A stretch of DNA of 62,898 bases, filler included, from Octopus bimaculoides (GCF_001194135.2; 5 parts of 4 records of this genome joined end to end with filler, not necessarily neighbours in it), one strand, 5' to 3'. Shown: positions 14,232-26,384, numbered from the whole stretch's first letter. Numbers and translations are program-made. The notes: generated by a model not told the origin, from the sequence alone.

Positions 14232-14470
14232 ATGTATGTGTTTGTGTGTGTGTGTGTGTGTGTGAGTATTTGTGTTTGTCTTATACCCACCACTTGGCAA
14301 CCGGTATTCCTTTGTTTACGACTTTGTAAATTAGCGTTCAGCAAAAGATATCGGTAGAATAAGTACCAGACCTTAAAAATATGAGTACTGGGGTCGATTT
14401 AATATACTAAAAACCCTTCAAGGCGGTGCCCCAATATGGCTGAATCCAATGGCTACAACAACAAAGAGAA
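12770..14470 (+). mobile_element. SINE family B split into head (12770-12920) and 3' half (14270-14470) by an insertion in its internal microsatellite
   Basis: The head (..GGTTCAGTTCCAC..GGTAGACGGAAACTGAAAGAAACC) and tail (..GAATAAGTACCAG..GGGGTCGATTT..CTTCAAGGCGGTGCCCC) match other family B copies. Confidence 0.75.
13060..13890 (+). mobile_element. Internally deleted maT/DD37D-like transposon, 831 bp (transposase remnant about 13191-13767)
   Basis: TIRs CAGGATGCGATGGGTAAACTG / CAGGATGCGGTGAATAAACTG (21/26), TA at both ends. Peptides MTQLTLPEIWKRHAVLLG, HPANIMVFGVITSDGDVMPP, NPLDYYVW, RLRSRLEAVIEVNGDFIK*. Confidence 0.9.
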
Positions 14471-15199
14471 AAAAGATTCCTATGTTGTTCTTTCTGATTC
14501 TGAAGCTTTAAGTGGACCCAACTCATCAGAGTTTGAACAAGATGCGCCTATGTAAACTGTCAGGTGAGGCCTAATGCAGATTTGGGCAAACTTTTTAAAG
14601 CAAGCAACCTTATGAGATATTATTAATCATAAATCTGGTCACACTTCTAAGAGAATAAGTTCATTACATCAAATATCGTAAATACAACGTTTTCCGTCGT
14701 AATCTCACAGCTCCACCAAACCTTAACAGAAAGAAAGCATTAGAGATTGTGAGAGAGCGAGGGAGAGAAAAAAACATCCCTGAAAATGTTAACACTAACG
14801 GAGTCAAACCTACAGATTATGTAACAAAATGTAACGAAAGAAGTTTTCGTTTACACGGTCATGATTTTATGTGTGTCATATGGAAAGTTATACAGCGATG
14901 AAGATTACTCATGTCTGGTGTAAGACGGCCAATTATCGACAACTATGTGAAGTGAGAAAAAACTTTCCCGACAAGAGAAAGCCACAAAGAAAAAAATTCC
15001 TACTGGGGATTTTCAGTTTCTGCTCCTTTTGTTCACAAAAGAAATATTTAAGCTCTCAAGTTGAAAGCTTAATAATGAGGCGAGAGGAACAGAATAAAAG
15101 GTAAATTGAGACCAATATCCTGTTTCGATTTCGCGTTACACATACATACATACATACATACATACATACATACATACATACATACATACATACATACAC

Positions 15200-15300
15200 C
15201 CTGTTGTTGATGCTGGAATTCCAATGAAGGAGCCTTTAATCTAGGTTAGGAACCGGCTCTTTGTTAGCAAGAAATCTGGAAATAAAAATGAACAGTGACA
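15200..15300 (+). mobile_element. Short retroelement-like 3' end adjacent to (CATA)n; further copies at 37170-37275 (+) and 37900-37980 (-)
   Basis: Shared GTTGATG..AATTCC(A/G)ATGA..GTTAG.(A/C)ACCG..TCTT..G(C/T)AAGAAATCT, each preceded by (CATA)n on its own strand. The AATAAA..GACATAC ending is seen in this copy. Confidence 0.65.
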
Positions 15301-15311
15301 TACGTACACAC

Positions 15312-15342
<31 letters not shown>

Positions 15343-15744
15343 NNNNNNNNNNNNNNNNNNNNNNNNNNNNNNNNNNNNNNNNNNNNNNNNNNNNNNNNNN
15401 NNNNNNNNNNNNNNNNNNNNNNNNNNNNNNNNNNNNNNNNNNNNNNNNNNNNNNNNNNNNNNNNNNNNNNNNNNNNNNNNNNNNNNNNNNNNNNNNNNNN
15501 NNNNNNNNNNNNNNNNNNNNNNNNNNNNNNNNNNNNNNNNNNNNNNNNNNNNNNNNNNNNNNNNNNNNNNNNNNNNNNNNNNNNNNNNNNNNNNNNNNNN
15601 NNNNNNNNNNNNNNNNNNNNNNNNNNNNNNNNNNNNNNNNNNNNNNNNNNNNNNNNNNNNNNNNNNNNNNNNNNNNNNNNNNNNNNNNNNNNNNNNNNNN
15701 NNNNNNNNNNNNNNNNNNNNNNNNNNNNNNNNNNNNNNNNNNNN

Positions 15745-15811
<67 letters not shown>

Positions 15812-15935
15812 ATAACATGTTGAAAACAGCAGTTATCCGATCATCAAAGTTAAATGACGTCGAACCTGGTTAATAGTTGGAAGACTAGTTGGGAAACTTT
15901 GACGCTGTAATCATCATAACCAGTAAGGTGGACTT

Positions 15936-16139
15936 AAGGCAGCTAGCTGGCAGAATCGTTCACACGTCGGAGAAAATGCTTATCGGCATTTGTTCGTCTT
16001 TATGTTCTGAGTTCAAATACCACCGAGATCGACTTTGTCTTTCATCTTTTCGGGGTCGATAAAATAAGTATCAGATGTAATTGACTTACCCACTCACCCG
16101 AACTTGCTGGCCTTGTGCCAAAATTTGAAATTATTATTA
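15936..16139 (+). mobile_element. SINE family A
   Basis: Head, GAGTTCAAAT box, TTTCGGGGTCGATAAAATAAGTA core and (TTA)n end are all present. Confidence 0.88.
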
Positions 16140-16442
16140 GGAAGGCAGATAATTAATAGTGTGGTTAGAGAGTCAGATACTTCACTCTTTTGGGGTCGAT
16201 AAAATAACTACAAGTAATATAGGTCATTTACTCTTTTATCGGCTCTCTCATTTTCTGTGAGAAATCAGCTGCGGTTAGACCTGGACAGGGGTAACCTCCG
16301 CTTAGTTTAGATATCAAAGACACTCCGTGTCTCATGCGCGTGTCCCTGTCACGCTGTCACTTGAGGTTCAAGAAAAGTCTAAATATTACAGCTTATATAC
16401 TATCATAGTCGAATCTATAGTCACATACAAACAGAGATACAT

Positions 16443-16515
<73 letters not shown>

Positions 16516-16516
<1 letters not shown>

Positions 16517-17718
16517 TGGGTCAGCCCATAAATAATGCATTTTTTAATAATTTTATTTTTCGAAATTAAGGTAAACAAAGTTCTTTTTTAATCTAAAATA
16601 TACTCTGCTTCATTATCTACAATGCTCTTCCATCTATTTGGTAGACTTGCAATGCCTCTTTTCCAAAATTCACTTGTCTATGATGAAAAATATTCCTCCA
16701 GTACTGTTCTGACCTCGTCTACAGAATTCATATTTTTTCCGTCCAAATGATTTTGAAGACTGTGGAATAAATGATAATCAGATGGGGCAATGTCTGGCGA
16801 ATATGGTGGGTGGGGCATCGTTTCCCATTCAAACTGCTCCAGTCTTTGGAATGTCATCCTCACTGTATATGACCGAGCATTATATTCACGGAAGAACAAA
16901 TTTCGTCTCGAAATCAAAGATGGTCGTTTTTCTTCTAGCACTGACTTAAACCGCTCTAGCTGCTTGCAGTAGATCTCCTTTGTTATCGTTTAATTTGGGT
17001 TTAAAAGTTCAAAGTGGACAAAACCTTTCATACGCCACCAAATAGATAACAATACCTTACGTGGGTGAAGACCTTCTTTAGTATAGGGGCCAGTGTTTCT
17101 CCTCTCCCTACCCACTGTCTTCGGTGTTTGACATTTTTATAGAGAACCTATTTCTCGTCATCAGTGACTATTCGGTCAAAAAAAGGTTCATTCGTGAGAC
17201 ATGACAGTAAAGAAGAGCACACATTCATTCTCTGCGCACTTTTAGACTCGGAAAGTTTGTGAGGAACTCATTTACCTAATTTGCTGACTTTTCCGATGGC
17301 ATGCAGGTGTCGATGAATGGTTGAATAGCCACATCCAAGCTTCTCTGCTAGTTCCTCAACAGTTGAGATGGGATTTTGTTCCACCAAGGTTTGAAGGACG
17401 TCCTCGTCGAGCTCTACAGATCTTTCAGGACGAGGCTTGTCTTCTAGGTTGTAGTTTCCAGCTCGGAATTTCTGGCATGTCTTACGCTTATTGTCCGATT
17501 CCCATATACTACATTAATAATACTCACGCTTTCCGTTGCGTTGTTGCCTTTATTGAACTCATAAAGCAAAATATGCCGAATATGCTCTTTTGTAACTTCC
17601 ATTATAACTTTGAAAAAATAACTGTTGAAATCGAATTGTACTCTTCAAAACTTGCACTAAGAATAAGTATAAAGTAAAATTACTACCTGCTTTTATAGCA
17701 AGTTCATGCAGGTAGTTT
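16516..17718 (-). mobile_element. Mariner (D34D, Mos1/Hsmar1-like) with transposase pseudogene 17602-16588; the other TIR probably lies in the gap
   Basis: MEVTKEHIRHILLYEFNKG.., VPHKLS, RIVTDDEK, HPPYSPDIAPSDYHLF, ..EYILD*. Several stops and at least one frameshift. The terminus TTGGGTCAGCCCATAAATAATGC is TIR-like. Confidence 0.93.
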
Positions 17719-17974
17719 NNNNNNNNNNNNNNNNNNNNNNNNNNNNNNNNNNNNNNNNNNNNNNNNNNNNNNNNNNNNNNNNNNNNNNNNNNNNNNNNNN
17801 NNNNNNNNNNNNNNNNNNNNNNNNNNNNNNNNNNNNNNNNNNNNNNNNNNNNNNNNNNNNNNNNNNNNNNNNNNNNNNNNNNNNNNNNNNNNNNNNNNNN
17901 NNNNNNNNNNNNNNTATATATATATATATATATACATACATACATACATATATACATGCATACATGCATACATT

Positions 17975-18170
17975 CGCCATGATAGATCGCTAGCCACTAA
18001 ACCTTTTTCTATTTTCTCTCCCTGTTTATTTCCGTGTTCCTTTCTGTCGAAGAGCGTAGGCTCGAAACGTAAAAGACTTTCTCACTTCCCGAGCGTTAAA
18101 CTAATACATCTGTTCATTGTTTACACACCCGTCTTCGTCTTTTGTAGTTTTGTAAATTCTCACTATACAC
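17975..18170 (+). mobile_element. Hammerhead-bearing terminal repeat (probable PLE pLTR, family 2); second copy at 28115-28320 (-)
   Basis: About 190 bp of homology between the two loci (CGCCATGATAGATCGCT..GAAGAGCGTAGGCTCGAAACGT..CGAGCGTTAAACTAATACATC..AAATTCTC). The PLE link is inferred from the known association of hammerheads with PLE pLTRs. Confidence 0.7.
18040..18075 (+). ncRNA. Minimal type I hammerhead-like motif, variant core CUGUCGA
   Basis: cttt-CTGTCGA-A-GAGC(gtag)GCTC-GAAA-C-GTA-aaag: 4-bp helix I, 4-bp helix II, palindromic ACGU helix III. Confidence 0.6.
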
Positions 18171-18204
18171 ATACATACATACATACATATATATGTAGAC
18201 ACAC

Positions 18205-18235
<31 letters not shown>

Positions 18236-19886
18236 TGTATGTATGTATGTATGTGTAGATAAATCAAGAAGCTGTATATATGTTGGTGTTCTAGAAACAC
18301 TTTCAAACAACTAAAAAATGAAAGAATCGAACATAGTTGGGGCCAACTAAAGAATTAAAGAAAGCGAAACATTTAGAGTCGTGGAAATGACTAATGAACG
18401 AATTTAATTGATGCGGCTTCCTCTGGGGTGAATGTATAACTGTTATATCATTATGTATAACCGTTATATCATTATGTCTCGTTCTAGTTCTTCCTAGCTA
18501 CTTGAGTGATGTTATGCCAAATCAAGAAGAACTATTTAAGACAATAAAGACAGCTTTACTATTCTGCATTACTCAGAAATAGTCATAATGGACATTGCAT
18601 TTGAATTTTAAAATGCCATTCGAAATCATATCAGTTTATCTATTAACAACAGAATGTCTTGGACATTAGAGGTAGAATCTAACATTTCTCATAAATTACA
18701 TTTCAGCAGTACTGCATCTTAGAAATAATGCCACTTTAGTGCAGGAGATACTGGTTGATGCCGATTAGGCATAAAGGTTATCCATCTAAAACAGAAGGTA
18801 TAAGAGAGGTTGTGGTGTTGAGGCATTTTCCTCCCTTGAATATTACAAGTATGGGAAACGATTTAAACATTGAGAATGTTCCATCCATATCTTCTTGCAT
18901 CGGTCATATTACAATGTGTAGAAGAACAGTAGACGGTAGAACTGGCAATGGTCAAAATACTTCGTGGGTATTTACTTATACCTCTTCCCTTTATATTCTG
19001 TGTACAAATCACCTCAATGTCGACTTCATCGTTCAGTCGTTCATTCTGAGTTCAAATTCCTTAAAGGACTTTATTGTTCATCTTTCCGAGGTTTATAAAA
19101 TATACACCAAATATTTTAAATACCAGTATCACTATTTGTCGTCATAAAATTTGAAAGACACATGAGATAATACAGTATTGAATACTCATAAAAATACAGA
19201 ATGGTTACTACTAGAAAGCCTTTGAGCGTGTCTGTTCAATGAGAACGAAGTACAACAGTATCAGTACTTCACATAATCGATTGTTCCCTCCTCCAAATTT
19301 ATAGCTTCGTGTCTGTATTAGAAGTATATAACTACATAAATCTCTTAACATTCTATGCTATCTGGCCGCGAACGACATCAAGTTACTTTCATGACAAGCA
19401 CTATATGCTTGTCAGGTATTTTCATAAGAGAATATAAAGGCAGTTGCCTGCTGTTTCTTTCGGATATTTTTGATAAGATTCCATCATGTCAGCTAAGTAG
19501 AGACAGGTTCACAACGCCTAATTAAGTACTCAAAACGTAAAGCGTTACCTCAATAACTGTAGAGCATTTTGTTTAACATATTAACAATTCCCCGATCATA
19601 AATGCTATTTTATTTTAGAAAAAAACAGAACAGCAAACATGAAAGAAAGATTTATTGTCAGCAGGATTTGAACTTAAAATGTAAAGAGCTAGAACAAATA
19701 CCACAATATATTTTATCCTACAACCTGATTCATGCGACTAATTTACTGCGAGATGGAAACCGTTTACATTGTATAGTTTTCAACCCATTACACTTCGAGT
19801 TTAATTTTCTATGGACTTTATGTCTCCTTACGCCGGAGTTGATGAATAGGGAATCGACTGTGCAATGGAATATATATATATATATA

Positions 19887-19974
19887 CTCTACCAAATACA
19901 TTTGATATCGTGCCTAATCATTAGGAATCAATAAATTATATTAGATCGGCATTGCTTGAATGTATTTGGTAGAG
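19887..19974. mobile_element. 88-bp MITE-like element inside (TA)n
   Basis: Perfect 16-bp TIR CTCTACCAAATACATT / AATGTATTTGGTAGAG with TA flanks. Confidence 0.75.
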
Positions 19975-20002
<28 letters not shown>

Positions 20003-20014
<12 letters not shown>

Positions 20015-20237
20015 GTTTCAGCTTAGAGCTGCGGCCATGCTGATGCACCACCGTGTTGCTACACTGTTATTACAGGGAGCCTCTGACAATATGCGGCACT
20101 TGATGAAGAATGGAGTTTGATTTAGTAACCCTCATTTGCATCTCCTGCCGCGAGGTAGGTTCATCTGGGACTCTCGATAGGAAGAGGTCCAGCTTTGATT
20201 TAAAAACTCCTACATCTACTTTGTGCAGATTCCTCAG
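20003..20237 (-). mobile_element. CR1/L2-group LINE 3' end (ORF C-terminus, 3' UTR, poly-A), cut by a gap
   Basis: LRNLHKVDVGVFKSKLDLFLSRVPDEPTSRQEMQMRVTKSNSILHQV..*, then GGTGGTGCATCAGCATGGCCGCAGCTCTAAGCTGAAAC and an A run. Confidence 0.75.
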
Positions 20238-20281
20238 NNNNNNNNNNNNNNNNNNNNNNNNNNNNNNNNNNNNNNNNNNNN

Positions 20282-20293
20282 TTAATTAATTAA
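20282..20293. other. Artificial TTAATTAATTAA spacer centred in a 100-bp scaffold gap; also at 39793, 50815 and 54896
   Basis: Each is flanked by exactly 44 N on both sides. The palindrome gives stops in all six frames. Confidence 0.95.
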
Positions 20294-20741
20294 NNNNNNN
20301 NNNNNNNNNNNNNNNNNNNNNNNNNNNNNNNNNNNNNATATATGTATGTGTGTGTGTGTGTGTGTATGTATCTATGTATTATACTGATACACACTCACAC
20401 ACGTATACGTACAAACATTTGCTTACACAACTTTGCATACCTACTAATATGCTTGCATGCTTGTATTACTCCATCCATCCATCCATCCATCCATCCATTC
20501 ATCCATACATACATACGTACATACATGCAGACATACATACATACATACATACATACATAGAAATATACGCAAGTGTGCCTATGTACATGCTTAGCACATG
20601 ATGGAGTCGTAGAAACGCTGTTGCGACACACGATGTTTCGTGATTATTTTATACTTGGCAAAGCTCATCCCTCTCTATGTCATAATAACACGGTCGATTT
20701 CTTCGACAGAAGGAGAGGGAGAGAGTGAGGGAGAGAGTGAG

Positions 20742-20799
<58 letters not shown>

Positions 20800-20949
20800 T
20801 AGACTCCAGTTGTGGACTGGTGGGTGCGAAGATGATGTTAACACCTCTTGGCGAGATGTGAACTCAGCGCGGAAGAGGTGTACACACAGGTATATATGTA
20901 CGCATACACGTACACACCCCAACACAAACATAGGTATCTTTATGCATAT

Positions 20950-21355
20950 ACCTACCTACCTAACCTACCTACCTATCTAACCTACCTACCTACCTAACCT
21001 ACCTACCTACCTACCTACCTACCTACCTACATAAATTCTTAACTCAAACCTGACACTTACATGCACAGATGTTCGTGTAAGTGCTTACATAGGAGTTTAC
21101 GTATGAAAACTCGTGTATATAGGCGAGCAGTTTATATTATATATATATATATATGATTCCCACTGTTCAGTAAGTTAAACAATGAAACAATGCTTTTTTA
21201 CTCTGAGCTCAAAAGAATTATTGCAAACTGTCAAGCTATTGTTTGTATTCGTGCAGTTTGCATTTAACATTTCACAGCTGTTGTGCTTTCTGTTTTATCA
21301 TGTTTTGTGAGCTGTCGTGTGGTTTGCATGTGTTGGTGTAAATTATATGTGTGTG

Positions 21356-21419
<64 letters not shown>

Positions 21420-21810
21420 CGTGTATGTGCGTGCGCCTGCGTGTAGGGGGAAAACAGTTGGTGATTCACTTCGTTACTGCTCAGAGTTACATAAATTATA
21501 ATCGTAATCCTTCAGACCATAACCACATAGTGCCCTTGCGCATATTCACACATGCATACATACAGACGTACATAAATATATACATGCACACATGTACATG
21601 CATACAGACATACATACATACATACACGGAAGCACATACAAACATATATACATGCATGCGTACGTACATACGTGCATACATCCACACATATACATATATA
21701 CATACATTCACACATATACATATATACATACATTCACACATACATGCATGCATACATGCATGCATATATAGATATATACATAGATATATAGATTCATACA
21801 TATATACATG

Positions 21811-21841
<31 letters not shown>

Positions 21842-21990
21842 GCATACATACATATATACATACATATATACATAAGTTTTTGTACTCTCATCTATCCTTA
21901 CCTGCGTATGTATATATGTAAGCACGTATGAACGTACTTATATAAGTATGTATATATACATGTTCACATATATATAAGCATGTATATGTG
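20950..21990. repeat. Microsatellite field: (ACCT)n, (TG)n, degenerate (CATA)n
   Basis: Seen directly. Confidence 0.92.
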
Positions 21991-22089
21991 TATGTATACA
22001 TGGATAAGTACATCCAAACATAAGTCTCAGGCATGAACAGTATTACATACGTGGATCTTATAACATGCTAAACTTCACGTTTTACATAT

Positions 22090-22780
22090 TCTAACAATAT
22101 CTTTGACAACTTGTAGCTCTAATCTTCCGATTAGACGTGTTTTTTTCTGGTTTTCTAACTCTTGTTTTCTCAAGATTGATACTGAAACAGTTGGCTACGT
22201 AACCAAATACACCAGTAATTGTTGGGAGAAACCTAATGCTATAGTCTGGATGCAGCAACTACAGGTTTCTAATCAGTTTGCTATAGATGTTTTCTTTTAC
22301 ACTAATCTTTCACAATATGCTGATACCAGCGGGCAAGTAATTTCAGCTATAGTGTACAATTTCATTTCTTCGTCCCAGATCATTATGATTGGTCGATTGT
22401 GCTTGCATTTTACTGAAGTTTTGAAGGTGACATTAAACCTGTATGTTTTTCAATTTGTGTCTGGATGAGCGCTTCATACGACTGTAATTGTTTATAATTC
22501 TCTCCTTAGAATTATCCTTTCTATGAATTTCGTCAAATAACGTTATAGTCATGACACCGTGTCTTATTGAAGCAATACCATGAGGATATTTCGGGATGCT
22601 ACTTATGGTGTAAGTGACATTCTTAGTATTAATTTCACAGAGCCTGAGTCGGTTGTCGCATCTACGTGATTTACCTGAATCGTTGTCTCTTTTGTGCATC
22701 AGGTATTTTGCCAATATCCTAGTTGTTAGTTCCGAATAGACTATCCAGTTTGTCATTTTGGAGCCTTGTGGGAATATAGA
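22090..22780 (-). mobile_element. R4/Dong-type LINE relic: CCHC knuckle plus restriction-like endonuclease (RLE) region
   Basis: KYLMHKRDNDSGKSRRCDNRLRLC, RHGVMT, KCKHNRPIIMIWD..AEITCP, KENIYSKLIRNL, FLPTITGVFGYV. Same family as 36555, 38105 and 40850. Confidence 0.8.
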
Positions 22781-22974
22781 TATGCTTCACCATTTGCTGT
22801 TATTCATGCTGCTTTACTTCTGATAACTTGTTGCAGTAGAAATGTGCAACTACGTTGAGTGTAGAATCAGTCAGGGAATTCTTTCTGAGAAGCTCTTTTC
22901 CAATTCTCGTGATGTCATCGGCTTCATGCTAGCAAACTTGATCCATTGCAAGACTTCGATAGATGGCAGTTAGA

Positions 22975-23144
22975 AGGCGACGAGCTAGCAGAATCATTAG
23001 CACACCAAGACAAATGCTTAGCGGCATGTTGTCCATCCTTACGGGGTCGATAAAATAAGTATCAGTTCAGCACTGGTCGATATTATCGACTCATTTCTTT
23101 TCTCCGAACTTGCTGGCCATGTGCTAAAATTTGGAATCAATATT
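22975..23144 (+). mobile_element. SINE family A (internally deleted)
   Basis: GGCGACGAGCTAGCAGAATC head and CGGGGTCGATAAAATAAGTA core. Confidence 0.82.
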
Positions 23145-23711
23145 TGACAGTTAGAAAATGTTGTCGAAAGGATATAAAGCAATAAAAGTTGTTTGGATAT
23201 ATGTTAAAGCTTTGCAAATAGTCTTGTCGTATGTATAAGCGATCTAAATACAACGTTGTTGATGTGGAAATGTCGAGTATGAGCTAACAATTTGGGGCTT
23301 CTAACATCAATAGATCTGGCCTCTTCTAGCGTCCAATCGAACGGTTCAAGTGTTCGTATGTACACAAGTACCGGAAATACACCGTATGCTGTTGATTTAA
23401 TGCATGTGAAAAATTCTGAGGGCCATATTTTCTTTATTTTTGTGTCATATCATTTGGTTAGACGCCCCACAAGTTCTCTCGTAGAAAATATTTTCATATA
23501 TTCCTAAATATCTAGCATTCTTCATCGTTGATAGTAATGTTACTAGATAGCATTGTAAATCTTCCTTGTTTTACAATCATATAAAAATATTTATCCTGGC
23601 CAAACTCCATCCCAATATTATACCTTCATTCAGTATATGTTTATATATATATATATTGCGTTTTATCCCTCTATTACGCCATATATCTATGTGGCCTGCT
23701 ATCTGAACATG

Positions 23712-23782
<71 letters not shown>

Positions 23783-24217
23783 NNNNNNNNNNNNNNNNNN
23801 NNNNNNNNNNNNNNNNNNNNNNNNNNNNNNNNNNNNNNNNNNNNNNNNNNNNNNNNNNNNNNNNNNNNNNNNNNNNNNNNNNNNNNNNNNNNNNNNNNNN
23901 NNNNNNNNNNNNNNNNNNNNNNNNNNNNNNNNNNNNNNNNNNNNNNNNNNNNNNNNNNNNNNNNNNNNNNNNNNNNNNNNNNNNNNNNNNNNNNNNNNNN
24001 NNNNNNNNNNNNNNNNNNNNNNNNNNNNNNNNNNNNNNNNNNNNNNNNNNNNNNNNNNNNNNNNNNNNNNNNNNNNNNNNNNNNNNNNNNNNNNNNNNNN
24101 NNNNNNNNNNNNNNNNNNNNNNNNNNNNNNNNNNNNNNNNNNNNNNNNNNNNNNNNNNNNNNNNNNNNNNNNNNNNNNNNNNNNNNNNNNNNNNNNNNNN
24201 NNNNNNNNNNNNNNNNN

Positions 24218-24255
<38 letters not shown>

Positions 24256-24291
24256 TGTGTCTGTGTCTGTGTCTGTGTGTGTGTGTGTCGA

Positions 24292-24327
<36 letters not shown>

Positions 24328-25658
24328 CGTTTGTATATATGTGTGTGTATGAATGTAAGTCAATGTGTAGATATATATGTCTGTATATGTATATAGATAT
24401 GTAAATTCGTATATGTATGTGTATACCTTGTACACATACAACTCTGTGAATCTGTGTGTTTATATTCTGCCTTTAGTTTCCTATCAAGTAGCCACCCAAA
24501 GTGGTATATCTACTTATATATCAAGAAATCTACCTACCCTCCACTTCTTCTGCACGCCTCATCTTTCAGTTTCCTTTCCCTTTTCTTTCTTTCCTTCTTT
24601 TCGATTACTTTCTGTCCGTTTGTCCATCTGTCAGTCTGTCTGTTCTGACATTTCGGTGAATTTTCTTTCACAGACACTGAATATCGACACAAGAATCTCT
24701 TGCATAACAGAAGACATCGGAGATTTTTTTTCTGTTTGGCTACACATTATGAAATTCGAAAATTTAATAAAAATTTTCTAATTTCATATATTGATGTAAT
24801 TTTTCACGCTGAATCTCAGAGGCTAATTCACTTGTTCTAGAATGTTTTTTTCTTTTTTTAAAGTTACAGAAGTGATCATTTTTATCTAGTCAGGAAATAG
24901 GATTTGGAAGCTATCATTTTGTGCGTGACTGCAATCGTAAGGTGACAAAACAGTAAGGAAAAGATTTCGACGATAACACGTGTTTTAAGCATATTTTGTA
25001 ATTTTAAGCATTCAATATGCATTTAATGCGAAAAAAGTAAACAGCACATTTATATCCGTTAGAGCAGAATAAAAAATTGCAGTCTAGTTCGAAAAAAGTA
25101 AACAGCAGATTTTGTAGTCCAGTGAACACAACATAAACTCCACGTGGTTAGACACGACAGCAACTAACGGGGTAAGCAGCTTGGTAACAGCTTGGCTTGT
25201 TACTATGGAAACAGGCACCAATGTGTCTGTGGCTTTCGATGGGCTAAAATTACCCAAAATTTGCAAATCTTTTAAACCTATTAATTGTTTATTTATTGAT
25301 TGATTTATGGCAAAAATTAATTGCATTTCAATAATTAGCATACAAAACTAAATCAGTACACTAAATATGAAATCAATTGGAACAAAACTGAAGAAATTAA
25401 AAAGTGGCAGCCAAACAGAAAAGATCCCACATCGCGCCTGTGAGCGATCTCCTTCCATTTCATTCCATTCCCTCCTGTCCCATCTTATCTTCACCAAAAT
25501 TACCCCAGTATCCTTCACTTCTTTGTCACCACTAACATCAAGAAATTAAAAGCACACTCCAAAAGTTCAACCTACTAGAAATAGGAGCCAAATGTTCTTC
25601 GCATAATAACAATAACTTCCTAAAAGTAAGTGAATATAAATTGGATATAGTTCTAAAT

Positions 25659-25803
25659 CAGGCATGCGCAAATTATTTCGAGAAGCGGGCTACATCAGAA
25701 ATGGTTCATCATTGGGTAGGCCGCACTACTAAAACAAAATTCAAGGTAATTTTTCGATAGGCGTGCATTTAGAAAGTCACACAGGCCGCAGTGCCCAGGA
25801 CTG
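25659..25803. mobile_element. hAT (Charlie-like) MITE, 145 bp
   Basis: Termini CAGGCATGCGCAA / CAGTCCTGGGCAC (9/13), GGCCGCA subterminal motifs, and a candidate 8-bp TSD TTCTAAAT / TTCTAGAC that fits the Charlie NTCTAGAN preference. Confidence 0.62.
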
Positions 25804-26143
25804 TTCTAGACAAAAGACAAACTTTATTGGATTAAAAATAATTTAAGCTGGAATGATCACGGTTAGAACGTCTTTCATCAAAGACACCGTCATCTCCTTC
25901 GAACAGAACTGAACATGGCGAAACAACAACAACAACAACAACAAAGATCACCAGAAGGTAATATTGATTCTATCGATGCAAGAACTTAATTCGTTATAAT
26001 TTTATCAGTCACAGAAAAACTAAATGTGACATGCATATTTGCAGAATGACATATATTTTTATGCAGATGGGTGGGGATGAAATAGGCTGTTGATTTGATT
26101 CTCACTGTGTGTGTGTGTGTACACGCTTATACGCACATATATT

Positions 26144-26243
<100 letters not shown>

Positions 26244-26384
26244 AGTATCGACCATACTATCAAATGTGGTCATACGTCACTTGTCACTATGCGTTTCCTC
26301 GCATTCTCGTAGCTTTTGAATGATGCAACCTCATTGGCCAGGCGGCCAGCTCAGTAATACCCCTGAGCAGGACACGCCAGTCGT

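Noticed and set aside
20282-20293. TTAATTAATTAA palindrome recurring four times (20282, 39793, 50815, 54896)
   Set aside because: It is always centred in 44N-12-44N, so it is an assembly spacer with six-frame stops, not biology.
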